Shown here: positions 18,202-28,903 of the stretch, in pieces
Layout: each line of letters opens with the position of its first letter
Position numbering within the stretch: position 1 is the first letter of the stretch
Assembly: GCA_017405875.1 (NCBI GenBank)
Contig: JAFQZM010000020.1
Coordinates: 9,422 to 73,421, forward strand
Reading direction: 5' to 3'
DNA length: 64,000 nucleotides
Source of the DNA: a bacterium
GTDB taxonomy: Bacteria > UBP6 > UBA1177
Made by a program: the position numbers and the translations under genes
Notes under the pieces: model-generated
What the model was told of the DNA's origin: nothing
The model's database searches: none
The model's input: only the letters and a program-made list of their open reading frames with translations

Positions 18202-19934
18202 TTCTCTGAAAAAGAGATTTTTGTTTCATTTAAGCCAGCAAATGTCTGTGAAACAATACTGTGTCCTGTAATTTCGACACCATAAGCCGGAGAATAAGAA
18301 ATGTCATGAACTGAAACATTTGTATCAGAAACAAATTGAACGGACACAGCATTACTCTGACAAGATACATTGCGCGCTTCGACATGAGATATTTTTACAT
18401 TTTCGGGAATAATGAACTGTACATGTGCCGACAGTTGGGGATCGGAAAATTTATCTTTAATAATTATTTCATTTTCATATATTACAATTCTGCGAGCATG
18501 AACGACACCTGATTCGTATGTAAATTCTCCTGAAAATGAGGTCGCGCTATAATTATTAATTTTCCCGGATTTTCCATTTTTTATATAAAACAAATTTGAA
18601 TCAATATCGTTTTGTTCTACACCATCAATAAACAGCGTGCTGTGAGCCCGAGTAGAACGGTATTTCCGCCTATCTGCCGGAGCTTTCGTGTAGAGATATG
18701 TTCCTGAATCTATAACAATCGGCATTCCTCGATAAAAAACTGTTACGGAAAGCTGGTCGTTATGATCGTGGACTCCTTTTCCTCCTGTTCCTATATTTCC
18801 ACACTTTATATAAGCGACCAAGTGTCCATTTTGCAATTTTACAATACCACTGTCAGTTATATTAAAATGCGATGCTGAATCGAAGCTGTTCATTTTTGAT
18901 AAATAGGAAAAATTACATCGATCAAAATCAAAGAAACCTGTCGGCAGATAAAGCCTGCTTCCGTCCTGATCTCCAATCAGTGGAAGCTGTTGATTAAAAG
19001 ATCCCAACCATTTACAAATGTTAAGCATTTTATCACATGTTTTCTGCATGGAATTTGGGAATGGAACATCATTGTCTTTCAGCGTTTGCAACGAAGCTGA
19101 CACTAATTCGGTCACAAAACAATGATAGTAAGAAGAATTTTCATAATCGAAACCATCAGAATAAAGCTGTTTTTTTAATTCCGCATTCAAACGCTCTACA
19201 GCATCAGCCGATAACCTTTGAATCAAATCACAGGGCGGATAATTTTTATCTAGAAACACTCCAACAACAATCACACCTGTTAAATCCGTTAAATAGTGAT
19301 TATTCGGCCGGTCGCCCAAATTCTCATAGTTTTCCGAAATGAAAATCATATGTTCCGCCAAAGATTCGGCTATAATAGATTGTTTTTTAAGATATTCTTT
19401 ATTTTTGCGAATCAAAAACGCCATCTGACACAAATTCACAGCCCGAATAGCAACATCCATGCAGCATTTCCAATGTATCGTCTTCCCGCAAGGATTTGCT
19501 TTTATAAAACTTAAAGCAATTTCCAAAGCTCTTTTTGCATACTTTTCATTATTTGTATACCAATAGGCTTCAGCTAAAGTCAATACCGGATGGAGGTGCC
19601 CCATTTCCCAATAATTTTTGACATCCACCCTGCCTACCAAAGAAGAAATCCTAATAAATGTAACATTGAAAGCCTTTTTAATCCTATGACCAGATATAGG
19701 ATCCTGCAACCAATCCTTATGAATAAAATGTGGATAATTGTATATTTGATAAGAACCTTTACATAATTCTTCGGCATCAAGCAAAATTTTATCCCATTCT
19801 TCCTTTGATACAAAATCCAAATTCAAACCTACGAAATGGTCGGAAAAGACTGCTTTTCGAAAAACTTTGGCTGTATTTCTTGCAAATTTTGCACTAAAAA
19901 TGCCTTTTAGACAATATCTTAACAGTCCGCTCAT
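18171..19934 (-). CDS. heparinase II/III-like protein (polysaccharide lyase/epimerase-like)
   Basis: A C-terminal Hepar_II_III-like block (GKGVHDHNDQLSVTVFYRGMPIVIDSGTYLYT...RAHSTLFIDG) and an alpha/alpha toroid-like N-terminal region. Confidence 0.65.
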   Translation of the reverse strand: MSGLLRYCLKGIFSAKFARNTAKVFRKAVFSDHFVGLNLDFVSKEEWDKILLDAEELCKGSYQIYNYPHFIHKDWLQDPISGHRIKKAFNVTFIRISSLVGRVDVKNYWEMGHLHPVLTLAEAYWYTNNEKYAKRALEIALSFIKANPCGKTIHWKCCMDVAIRAVNLCQMAFLIRKNKEYLKKQSIIAESLAEHMIFISENYENLGDRPNNHYLTDLTGVIVVGVFLDKNYPPCDLIQRLSADAVERLNAELKKQLYSDGFDYENSSYYHCFVTELVSASLQTLKDNDVPFPNSMQKTCDKMLNICKWLGSFNQQLPLIGDQDGSRLYLPTGFFDFDRCNFSYLSKMNSFDSASHFNITDSGIVKLQNGHLVAYIKCGNIGTGGKGVHDHNDQLSVTVFYRGMPIVIDSGTYLYTKAPADRRKYRSTRAHSTLFIDGVEQNDIDSNLFYIKNGKSGKINNYSATSFSGEFTYESGVVHARRIVIYENEIIIKDKFSDPQLSAHVQFIIPENVKISHVEARNVSCQSNAVSVQFVSDTNVSVHDISYSPAYGVEITGHSIVSQTFAGLNETKISFSENCENYTSLGW

Positions 19935-21022
19935 AACTTACAACACCGTTTAAACATTTCATTCTGACGGCGATGAATATCGTCCCAACTTGGCCATTTT
20001 TCTATCCTTTTAACAGCATTTTCATGCTTTTCATCCATTTCTTCAGGGTGCATATAAACATATTTGCACATATTAAACAATCCGTCAGGCAAACTGTTTT
20101 TATAAATAAAAGCTTCCTGTTCCGATAAGACCTCCGTCAAACCATATACATCGGAAATGATAACAGGTTTTCCATATTGAACTGCATCAAATATTTTCAA
20201 TGGAATTGCTGTGTTGCTTTCCAGAGTCGACGGACGGGGAATCATCAACACATCTATCTCTCTGGCAAGACTATCCGCTTTTTCTTTAGGAATAAGCCCG
20301 GTAACAATTACACGCCCGGGATACTTTTTCTCTAGTGCCTTAAATTCCTCCTCTTTTTCTCCTCCACCGATCATATACAGGCGAACATTTGATCCTATCG
20401 ACAAAATACTTTCTGCATTTTGCAAAATTACCCCTGTTCCTTGCCAACGATAAAAAGTGCCAATGTATCCAAATGTAAAAAATTCAGGATTTCCCGGTTC
20501 CCGACCACAAGAATCAAAATGTGGAACACCGTTCGGAAGAAAACATATTTTTTCCTGTCTTACACCATAATGCTTTTCGATGTAATGCTCAGCACCCCTC
20601 GACAGTGTAAAATAGCAGCTTGTTCTTCTGTTCAAAATAAAACGATGTAACAGGTCCTTTGCCAGCATCTTAATTGGTCTGGATGTTATTAAAGAATGAA
20701 TTTCTGTCATAACAACGACTTGTTTCGGTAACACAGAACAGGCTATAATATTTGCCGGAATGATATGGGTAACAACAATATCAATGTCATGCCGTTTTAC
20801 AATATCAGGAAGTAGCACTTTGGCATCATTCAAATTTTGAATACGAAAGATCCGTATTCCTGTTGCCTCAAAATATACATCATCATCGAAATCTTTAGGA
20901 GGTGTAGTGGTCATTACAAACAATTTATTGCCACATTTATTGTCCTCAAGCATTCGGGACATTCGCACTACATTTCCACCACGGTTGGGATGATAGAAAC
21001 AACCAAAATGCAAAATATTCAC
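19931..21022 (-). CDS. glycosyltransferase family 4
   Basis: GT-B fold with a GT4 C-terminal domain (GGGEKEEEF...DVLMIPRPS...AVQYGKPVI). Confidence 0.75.
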   Translation of the reverse strand: MNILHFGCFYHPNRGGNVVRMSRMLEDNKCGNKLFVMTTTPPKDFDDDVYFEATGIRIFRIQNLNDAKVLLPDIVKRHDIDIVVTHIIPANIIACSVLPKQVVVMTEIHSLITSRPIKMLAKDLLHRFILNRRTSCYFTLSRGAEHYIEKHYGVRQEKICFLPNGVPHFDSCGREPGNPEFFTFGYIGTFYRWQGTGVILQNAESILSIGSNVRLYMIGGGEKEEEFKALEKKYPGRVIVTGLIPKEKADSLAREIDVLMIPRPSTLESNTAIPLKIFDAVQYGKPVIISDVYGLTEVLSEQEAFIYKNSLPDGLFNMCKYVYMHPEEMDEKHENAVKRIEKWPSWDDIHRRQNEMFKRCCKL

Positions 21023-21024
21023 TC

Positions 21025-22257
21025 TTACTCTCCACGATTAATATTCAAACTGCCAAGTTCGGACAACAACTGTAAAACATTGTCGTTTATCTGGTAGCTG
21101 TCTTTCCACATAGAGTAAGCCGCATCTCTTTTTTGTGTTGTTCCCGCTTTAACCAAAGCCGTAATAGCTTGAGCGACATCAAAAGGTTGAATATCAGCTG
21201 GAATCAATAATCCGGTATCAGTATTGACAATTTCCCGATTACCCCCGACATCTGTGGCCAAGGTCGGAACTCCATAAGACATTGCCTCCATGATAGATAC
21301 AGGCAAACCTTCGGAACTGCTTATATTTACAAATAAATCGACAGGGTTTTCGATATAATATTTATGTACTTCGGCATTACTTACCGAACCACGCATGACA
21401 GCTTTAACGTGGATACCGTCATACTCTGAAACTATCGATGAAATCTTATCTTTTAACGAACCGTCACCGAATATTGTCCAGATTATAGGGATCGGCGAAT
21501 TTACAATTTTTAAGGCATCGGCAAGAATATCCAACCTCTTAACAGGGGATATTCCTGAACATGTTAGTATTCTAAAAGCACCATCTTTAGATGGCTCACA
21601 CATCTGGTTATATTTTTTTACAGATCCGAAATGTAAAGCTTTATATTTTTGCGTAAAAGATAAGATTTCTCGATTATTTTCAATGTAATTTTTCATAACC
21701 ACTTCGGATATAAAGAATATTCTATCCAAGTATTTCTCTTTAAACCTATCGGCAAGCAGACCGACATAGCGGTTCTTTATCAAGTCGACTTCGTATGAAT
21801 GAGCATAAGATGCAGCAACAATTTGAGGATATTGTTTTTTTAGCATAGCAGCCGCCAAGGCGTTATGTGAATACCACATAGAAAAAACATGTGTTTCACT
21901 CCCAAGATTTCTTAGTTCTTGTTCTGCGACAATATATTCCACACATGCTGAATATAAATATCTAAAATATGCAACAAAGTATTTGATACTTAATTTATTT
22001 TGTTTGTTTGCCAACTTTAAATCTTGAAACACAAACTTCAAGCACCACAACTTAAGCATATAAATAAGCGCCATTATTTTGTTAACTAATGTAGGAATAC
22101 AAAGTTTAATATTGTGCTCTATATTGTAAGCATTAGCAGATTCAAGTTTGGAAGGAAAGACAACACTGACTTTCTCGTAATGACTATAAACTATAGGAAG
22201 AAACGCCTTCAAAACTGTCGATTCTTTTGCTGCATTGTTTATAATGATGATATTCAA
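21025..22257 (-). CDS. glycosyltransferase family 4
   Basis: EX7E-type motif VNISSSEGLPVSIMEAMSYGVPTLATDVGGNREIV. Confidence 0.8.
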   Translation of the reverse strand: MNIIIINNAAKESTVLKAFLPIVYSHYEKVSVVFPSKLESANAYNIEHNIKLCIPTLVNKIMALIYMLKLWCLKFVFQDLKLANKQNKLSIKYFVAYFRYLYSACVEYIVAEQELRNLGSETHVFSMWYSHNALAAAMLKKQYPQIVAASYAHSYEVDLIKNRYVGLLADRFKEKYLDRIFFISEVVMKNYIENNREILSFTQKYKALHFGSVKKYNQMCEPSKDGAFRILTCSGISPVKRLDILADALKIVNSPIPIIWTIFGDGSLKDKISSIVSEYDGIHVKAVMRGSVSNAEVHKYYIENPVDLFVNISSSEGLPVSIMEAMSYGVPTLATDVGGNREIVNTDTGLLIPADIQPFDVAQAITALVKAGTTQKRDAAYSMWKDSYQINDNVLQLLSELGSLNINRGE

Positions 22258-22286
22258 ATTATAACCTCCAAAAGTTTCAAATGACT

Positions 22287-23510
22287 CTATGTGATTTCAT
22301 TTGTTGTGCCCCATATTTTTACACTTTTTCCACCAGCATCGCTATGATAATTCATCAACATTGTCGACATGATGATTGCGTTCCATAAAAATCTTTTATT
22401 TATCGCATCAATAAAAAAAGAAGGCAGCAAACCACAAATCAGCAAACCCACAACAAGTACATTTTTGCTTTTTATTGCCCTACCACACATTAATATTAAC
22501 GGAAAAGTAAAAATTAAAGATCCAAATATTCCAGAGTCGCAACATATCGATAAAAAAGTATTATGAATTCCGCCCCAATTAATATACTCATACCCACCCC
22601 ATCCCCAACCAAAGAATGGTCTTTGTTTAATCAATTCGAGTGCATAATACCACTTTTCTGTTCTTCCACTTCCTCCACTATATTCCTCAAATAAGATCAA
22701 ACGATCCAAACTCATTCGAGGAAGAAATTTCAATCCAATATATCCCATAGAACATACAGCAAGTAGTATAAACATAATTTTTTTCGAGCTTTCATATATG
22801 TTTGTCTTTTTTAACTGACTATAAAATATTACAAACAAAGCTATCATTATGCCCAGACCCAAGAAACCCGCTCGAGAAGCAGTCAACAATATTGCATATC
22901 CGTTCACTATGATAACCACCAAATTAAGCCATATCTTTTCATTTTCATAAATTACAGAATACAAAGCTAATGACAAGCCAATTAAAAGGAATGCCGCGCA
23001 ATTGTTTGGATCAGATTGTTCTCCAAATAATGTCAATACATTGCGAGCTTCAATGTCTTCGTGATAGTGTTCGTTAAAGAATATTGACAATAACCCAAAA
23101 ATAAAACTGATCCAATAGTGTCCCCGTAAATTCAATCTAATGAAGTCCTCATCAAAATTCATACCTCCGAGAACAAAAACCAACAAAACGCTTCCCAACA
23201 ATGCAACAGAATGCATTTTAAAGGAGGGATTTGTCATGTTTGACCACAAAAGAGAAACACATAAATACACAAACCATAGAATAAAAGCCCCTGTAATCTT
23301 TGTCACTTTAAGATTTTTGTAGTGTGTTAATAGCAATATTCCTATTATAGCCAACATTACAAACTTGGTACTATTGCCAATAAAAGAAACCAAATAGGCT
23401 TCAAAATACGAGAGGAAAATATAGAGCAGAAATAATGCTTTGATCCATTTGGGAACACTGATTAGTTTATCATCAACTTCAAGCGTAGGCACAAAACCGT
23501 TGTTTAGCAA
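22287..23510 (-). CDS. wzy: Wzy-type O-antigen/capsule polymerase (O-antigen ligase-like domain)
   Basis: About 10-12 TM helices and a Wzy_C-like periplasmic loop (LTASRAGFLGL...). It sits among the glycosyltransferase genes. Confidence 0.65.
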   Translation of the reverse strand: MLNNGFVPTLEVDDKLISVPKWIKALFLLYIFLSYFEAYLVSFIGNSTKFVMLAIIGILLLTHYKNLKVTKITGAFILWFVYLCVSLLWSNMTNPSFKMHSVALLGSVLLVFVLGGMNFDEDFIRLNLRGHYWISFIFGLLSIFFNEHYHEDIEARNVLTLFGEQSDPNNCAAFLLIGLSLALYSVIYENEKIWLNLVVIIVNGYAILLTASRAGFLGLGIMIALFVIFYSQLKKTNIYESSKKIMFILLAVCSMGYIGLKFLPRMSLDRLILFEEYSGGSGRTEKWYYALELIKQRPFFGWGWGGYEYINWGGIHNTFLSICCDSGIFGSLIFTFPLILMCGRAIKSKNVLVVGLLICGLLPSFFIDAINKRFLWNAIIMSTMLMNYHSDAGGKSVKIWGTTNEIT

Positions 23511-23522
23511 TTTATTTATTCC

Positions 23523-24713
23523 TCAAAAATTTTTCTCTTCATATCTTTCAACACTCTTATTCAAATACTCTGTATACTGCCGAGCTATATCGGCATAGTC
23601 ATATCCGCTTTCAATGAAAGCTCTTGCATTTCTGCTGTATTCACCCCATTTTTCTTTGCTCATGGATGTGAATTTCGTGATTTTTGTTCTAAAATCTTTG
23701 ACATTTCCAGCTTTAAAATTATCTCCATTCTGATGACTGCAACGGTCCCTATTAACATTATTGTCTTCGGAAAGAACAGGAAGACCACACGCCTGAACAT
23801 CATAAAAGCTCATGCTGCATTGTTTCGGGAAAATAGAAAGATCGGCCATTTGATAGAACTTAGCGAGTTCCATATATTTTTGAGTCGGAAACATGATCAC
23901 ACGGTTTTCAGATTCTTCAAGAAGTTTTTTAACTTCCCTGCCGTAATCGTTGTCCGGCGGTGTTCCGACACAAACAAGAGTAAGCGGAACCTCGAACTTT
24001 TGTCTAAAAGTCTCTGCCAAAAACTTTCCTCCCTTGGCTTCCGTCAACTTGCCTGTGTAAACAACGACAAATTCTGTTTCTGATATTCCGTTTTCTTTAC
24101 GGAATTGTGCTCTTGCCTCGGAAGAAGGAGAAAAGAGAATTGTGTCTGTTCCAAACGAAATAAACGGTGTCAGTTCTTTTTTTATCCCAAGATGCGTATT
24201 CACATAGTCATCATCTTGAGTTCTGATGACATAATAATTATTTTTCTCGATGATTCTTCTAAAAAAAGCACGATAAAAAGCCTCAAACAATCCAACGAAC
24301 ATGCTTTCACTTGCCATTGAAAGCATGTGGGAATCAAACATCAAAGACCACTCTTTTCGATGAAGCAAAAAGCGCATTGCTGTCAGCGTTTCCACACAAT
24401 GAACAAAAACCACATCGGGATGCTGTTCGCGGACAATTCTAAATATATCTCTCGAAACCCATGCACGGTGCATATAGTAACCTTTTGTTTTCACACGGAT
24501 GACTTTGACTCCGGTAGTCTTCTGGTAGATCTCATCACTTTGTTCTACCGATTCACCGTTATCTCCGAATGCCTTATAAACAGGATAAAGATGATCCTTG
24601 TCAACCGTCACGATCACCACTTCATTTCCCTGCGCCTGCTGAAATTTTGCAAGCGGATTAGACTGGTATCCGTAAGCCGGATGAAAAGTATCGTCGACAT
24701 AAACTATTTTCAT
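23523..24713 (-). CDS. glycosyltransferase family 4
   Basis: GT-B fold with a GT4 C-terminal motif region (GKLTEAKGGKFL...DLSIFPKQCSMSFYDVQACGLPVL). Confidence 0.75.
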   Translation of the reverse strand: MKIVYVDDTFHPAYGYQSNPLAKFQQAQGNEVVIVTVDKDHLYPVYKAFGDNGESVEQSDEIYQKTTGVKVIRVKTKGYYMHRAWVSRDIFRIVREQHPDVVFVHCVETLTAMRFLLHRKEWSLMFDSHMLSMASESMFVGLFEAFYRAFFRRIIEKNNYYVIRTQDDDYVNTHLGIKKELTPFISFGTDTILFSPSSEARAQFRKENGISETEFVVVYTGKLTEAKGGKFLAETFRQKFEVPLTLVCVGTPPDNDYGREVKKLLEESENRVIMFPTQKYMELAKFYQMADLSIFPKQCSMSFYDVQACGLPVLSEDNNVNRDRCSHQNGDNFKAGNVKDFRTKITKFTSMSKEKWGEYSRNARAFIESGYDYADIARQYTEYLNKSVERYEEKNF

Positions 24714-24724
24714 TTAATCACCTA

Positions 24725-25333
24725 TCATTTCAACATCTCGAACAATTTCTCAGGAGAGCTAAAATATTGTCCATACTTTTCCAACTTCTCATCGGGCCAG
24801 TCCCACCATTTAAGTTCAAGAAGTTTTTTGACAGTTTCTTCATCGAAACGCTTGCGGATCAACTTTGCAGGGTTTCCTGCCCATATCTCATACGCCGGCA
24901 CATCATGGGTAACGACACTTCCCATGCCTATTACCGCACCACTATGGATCGTAACTCCAGACTTAATATAAGATCCCATGCCGATCCACACATCATTCTC
25001 TATGACGGTTTTCGGTGTAGATACAGCTGGGAATTTTTGGAAGTTCTTTCTGAGAATATTTGATCCTTCATGGAAAACAGGACTGGAAGAAACCCTTTCT
25101 ATTGGATGCATTGCGCCACCGATACAACACCTATCTGCGATAGAACAAAACGCACCGATCTGAACATTGACCATAAAGCAAGCATTCCCGACATATGAAT
25201 ATCTATCCATTGCAACTCTGGTCAACTCGCTTTTAGCACACACCTTTGATGTTTTATCTATGTCGCAGTTCCTCAGTGCAGGTGGATTTAAAAGTATCTT
25301 CAGTCCTTTTGCGATCAGCAGTTTTAAATTCAT
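24725..25333 (-). CDS. sugar O-acetyltransferase, hexapeptide-repeat (LbH) family
   Basis: Hexapeptide repeats [50 protein letters not shown] and a C-terminal LKWWDW motif like xenobiotic/sugar acetyltransferases. Confidence 0.75.
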   Translation of the reverse strand: MNLKLLIAKGLKILLNPPALRNCDIDKTSKVCAKSELTRVAMDRYSYVGNACFMVNVQIGAFCSIADRCCIGGAMHPIERVSSSPVFHEGSNILRKNFQKFPAVSTPKTVIENDVWIGMGSYIKSGVTIHSGAVIGMGSVVTHDVPAYEIWAGNPAKLIRKRFDEETVKKLLELKWWDWPDEKLEKYGQYFSSPEKLFEMLK

Positions 25334-26548
25334 TTATTTAGCCTCACAATGCTTTATTATCGTCTCGTAACTTTGTTCCACAGAGTAATGAGTTTTAAGA
25401 TAGGCGAAACCGTTTTCGCCCATTTTCTCAGTATCTTCTTGCAGAATCCGTGAAACAATGTTTCTGAAACAGTCAGGATCATTGCTCTCGCACCACCAGC
25501 CGAAACCTCCCTCAGTTATTACTTTGCCGATATCAGTATTCGGGTCAGTACACGCCAATACCGGAATCTTGGCCTGCATATAACTCAGCAATCGGGAAGG
25601 GAAATTGGGGATAGCGAAACGATGGTCGAGGAAGATGAGTCCCACATCGCAGGCACCTACCAAAGTGTCGTAATCCTCTTTTGGCAGACGTTTCATCAGC
25701 TTCAAATTTTTCTGCTGTGACGCATTGATATAGTTTTCCAGCAGGCGGTAATCTGTTCCGTCTCCGACAACCAGAAAGAAAATATCTTCAATATTTTCAC
25801 ACGTTTTCAGACATTCAATAATGAGTGGGACACTCTGAGGCTTTCCCAGATTCCCACCGTATACAAAGACTTTCTTATCAAGCGGAATACCGTATTTTTC
25901 TCTGATCTGCCTTCGCGTCGAATCGTCTACGCTTTTATCAACCACTTCGATGCTGTTTGGGCACACCTCGACTTTCTTAGGATCGATTTCGGGATTATTC
26001 TTCAAAACATAATCGACATTTGCCTGAGACATACAACCGATGAAGTCTGAGACCTGATATAATTTCTTTTCCACACGTCTGAAATGATTGTAGAGCAAAC
26101 CCTTGACTCCGGATTTACTCATCATGCCGATATCCACAGCGTTCTGCGGGAAAATATCCTTCAGGAGAAGATAAGTCTTTGCCCCGTCACGATTTTTGAC
26201 ATATTCAATAGCAGAGACCAGCGTGATCGGAGGAGTGGAATACAAAACAAGGTCGAACTTCACTTTAGAGAAATATTTCTTAATCGCTTTCTTAAAAGTG
26301 GGTTCGATCATTATTGTCGATATGCCTTTCTCAATTATGTTGGTTTTCTGTGTATTACCGATCTGCAAACGAATAATTGTTGCATGATCTTCTTGAACAA
26401 TATGAGTTTCTTTGCCCTCACGCTTTTCTGTAGGAGAAACGGCATAGACCTCATGACCGTTTTTGACGAAATCACGTAATAAGTCTGTATAAAGATTTCG
26501 TTCAGAGAGTGATTCGAAACTTAAGAGTGTTAAGAAGAGGACTCGCAT
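25334..26548 (-). CDS. glycosyltransferase family 4 (WbuB-like)
   Basis: GT4 signature region (YGGNLGKPQS...GACDVGLIFLD...AKIPVLAC). Confidence 0.8.
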   Translation of the reverse strand: MRVLFLTLLSFESLSERNLYTDLLRDFVKNGHEVYAVSPTEKREGKETHIVQEDHATIIRLQIGNTQKTNIIEKGISTIMIEPTFKKAIKKYFSKVKFDLVLYSTPPITLVSAIEYVKNRDGAKTYLLLKDIFPQNAVDIGMMSKSGVKGLLYNHFRRVEKKLYQVSDFIGCMSQANVDYVLKNNPEIDPKKVEVCPNSIEVVDKSVDDSTRRQIREKYGIPLDKKVFVYGGNLGKPQSVPLIIECLKTCENIEDIFFLVVGDGTDYRLLENYINASQQKNLKLMKRLPKEDYDTLVGACDVGLIFLDHRFAIPNFPSRLLSYMQAKIPVLACTDPNTDIGKVITEGGFGWWCESNDPDCFRNIVSRILQEDTEKMGENGFAYLKTHYSVEQSYETIIKHCEAK

Positions 26549-26678
26549 TAATTTATTCCTCAGTTCTTTAATCTCGCAGGAACTCCCACATAAATTCCAT
26601 GCGCTTCTATATCCTTCAAAATCGGCAGCAAATATAACTGTAAATCAGTTATGGAATTGAATGATATATCACGATTAT

Positions 26679-28262
26679 TCATTTATAACATCCCAAAAAC
26701 AAATCATGCAGTTTATCAACACTTCTGAAATTTATATCTTGCACCTTAGAAGAGTAGAGCCCATCTTTATTCCTAAACCATATACTTTTCATTCCGATCT
26801 GCTGCGGAGCCAGAAAATCTTTGTTTGGATTATCAGCAACATAGACGACATCTGCAGGATTCATTCTCCACTTGGTAATCATTATACGAAACGCTATATC
26901 GCAAGGTTTACGGAACTGAGTGCCGCCAAGTTCATCTGTGATAATAAGATCATCTACATTTAATCCGAGTGCATCGAGTTTATTCCGCTGACCCTCAGGT
27001 CTACCATCAGTGATGATGCCAACTTTTATACCTTTTCTCTTTAATTCATTGATCAATTCGGGAACACCTGAATAAAGGTGAATATCAGGTTTGTGGGTGC
27101 GATAAACCGAGAGAACTTTTTCTTTTTCGCTCTCTCGTCCAAGCTCTCTCAGTAGTTCATCAATCGCAGGTTTTCCAGCCTCAAAAAAGCCCCAGAGCTT
27201 TTCTTCATAACCGCCGCCAAGATAGTCACTAACCGCTTTATAGCCTGATCTCACGTATTCTTTTTCGCTGTATAGTGTATCGTCTAAGTCAAAAATGACT
27301 CCTTTTATTTTTCCTTTGCCCTCTGTTATGCATACAGACTGGTCAAAACGGCTATAGATAGCGCCATCGGCAATTTGATACTCTTCAACTTTTTCTCCAG
27401 CTATAAGCTTCAAAACAGCTTCTGCGCTTCTTGCTCCAGCTTTCATTGATAAAGGAGCACCACCGCCGAAACGGGGATTGATCTCAATAAACCAATCAAT
27501 ACCGGCATCATCACGGATGAGTTGCACCGTCATTGGACCACAAGGTTTGAAAGCTTTGCACAAAGTCTTAGACTCATCGATCATCGTCTGATCGAGTTCT
27601 ATTCTCGTCTTCAAGACCTCTCCTGCCCTGACTTGAAGACGCTCGCGAGGAACAATGCTTATTGGTGATCCATCCCAATCGCAGAAAATATCAATAGTGT
27701 ACTCATGACCCTTCACAAACGGTTGTACTATATAGTCCTCGACCTGACCGGCATAGACCTCAAGTTCTTCTGCATTTTCAATCTTAAAAGCATTGATGCT
27801 GCTTGACCCGTCCTTCGGCTTGATAAAAGCCGGATAACCGGATCTGTACTCTCTCCAATCGTTCACAGGCATAGGAGCATGCAAACCGCAATCCACAAAG
27901 AACTGACTTGTGTTATTCTTATCACGGCAGATACGGATCTTATCAGGAGCACTGATCATGACTCGCGTACCGATCTTCTCAAACTTTTCCCTATTCTCAG
28001 ACAATATAAGGAGATCCGTGTCGATAGTGGGAATCAGCAAATCAATGTGATCATCTGCACAAATATTCAGAAGATTACGAATATAATCAGGATCTTTTAT
28101 GGCCACAACTTTGCGGGTGTAATCACAGTAAGCCAAAGCCGGTGCCGTCCCGGCCATATCTGCACCGTAGATTTTCAATTCTTTATTCAAAACTAACGCG
28201 GCATTTCGAAACGCTTGTAGCAATTCAATTCGCCGCCCGACGCCGGTAAACAAAATATGCAT
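26679..28262 (-). CDS. ATP-grasp enzyme fused to a HAD-superfamily hydrolase domain
   Basis: The N-terminal ~330 aa form an ATP-grasp fold (carbamoyl-phosphate-synthase-like ATP-binding; IEINPRFGGG). The C-terminal ~200 aa form a HAD domain (VIFDLDDTLY motif I; GIITDG). The start ATG overlaps the upstream sugar-transferase stop (TAATG). Confidence 0.7.
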   Translation of the reverse strand: MHILFTGVGRRIELLQAFRNAALVLNKELKIYGADMAGTAPALAYCDYTRKVVAIKDPDYIRNLLNICADDHIDLLIPTIDTDLLILSENREKFEKIGTRVMISAPDKIRICRDKNNTSQFFVDCGLHAPMPVNDWREYRSGYPAFIKPKDGSSSINAFKIENAEELEVYAGQVEDYIVQPFVKGHEYTIDIFCDWDGSPISIVPRERLQVRAGEVLKTRIELDQTMIDESKTLCKAFKPCGPMTVQLIRDDAGIDWFIEINPRFGGGAPLSMKAGARSAEAVLKLIAGEKVEEYQIADGAIYSRFDQSVCITEGKGKIKGVIFDLDDTLYSEKEYVRSGYKAVSDYLGGGYEEKLWGFFEAGKPAIDELLRELGRESEKEKVLSVYRTHKPDIHLYSGVPELINELKRKGIKVGIITDGRPEGQRNKLDALGLNVDDLIITDELGGTQFRKPCDIAFRIMITKWRMNPADVVYVADNPNKDFLAPQQIGMKSIWFRNKDGLYSSKVQDINFRSVDKLHDLFLGCYK

Positions 28263-28891
28263 TATTCTTTACTCCCCATAAACTCACCCATGGTCGCCTC
28301 TCCAGCAGCACTGATCCCCTCTCTTTTAAGCACAGTTCTTACTGTATCGAATATAATCTTCCAGTCGCCTGAGAATGTTATGCGATCAACATATTTCACA
28401 TCCCAGTCAAATTTTTCTTCCCAGCTGATCGCATTTCGTCCATGCACTTGTGCCAGTCCGGTAAATCCTGGACGAACCTCATGCCGACGGGCTTGATGAG
28501 CATTATAACGATCCAGATACTGCACCAAAAGCGGTCTTGGCCCGACGACACTCATGTCACCTTTTAACATATTGAAAAGTTCAGGAAGTTCATCAAGAGA
28601 TGTAGAGCGGAGCTTACGACCAAACGGCGTCAGTCTTGCCGCATCCTGACTGGGATCAATCATCCCGTCCTTGGGCGGCAACATCGTCCTAAACTTGTAA
28701 AGCTTGAAAATCTTCTCATCTTTGCCAGGTCTGTCTTGCGTAAACAACACAGGAGAACCGAGTTTTATGCGAACCAGTATCGCTGTGGCAATAAGTATCG
28801 GTGATAAAACTATGATCGCTGCCAAAGCACAGAGAAAATCCTGAGGACGTTTTATAAATTTCTCATAAAAACCATAAGGTTTATGCTTCAT
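28262..28891 (-). CDS. undecaprenyl-phosphate sugar phosphotransferase, small monotopic type (PglC/WbaP C-terminal family)
   Basis: A single N-terminal TM helix and Bac_transf motifs (KRPQDFLCALAAIIVLSPIL...PVLFTQDRPGKDEKIFKLYKFRTM). Confidence 0.85.
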   Translation of the reverse strand: MKHKPYGFYEKFIKRPQDFLCALAAIIVLSPILIATAILVRIKLGSPVLFTQDRPGKDEKIFKLYKFRTMLPPKDGMIDPSQDAARLTPFGRKLRSTSLDELPELFNMLKGDMSVVGPRPLLVQYLDRYNAHQARRHEVRPGFTGLAQVHGRNAISWEEKFDWDVKYVDRITFSGDWKIIFDTVRTVLKREGISAAGEATMGEFMGSKE

Positions 28892-28903
28892 ACGTTCCCC
28901 TTA

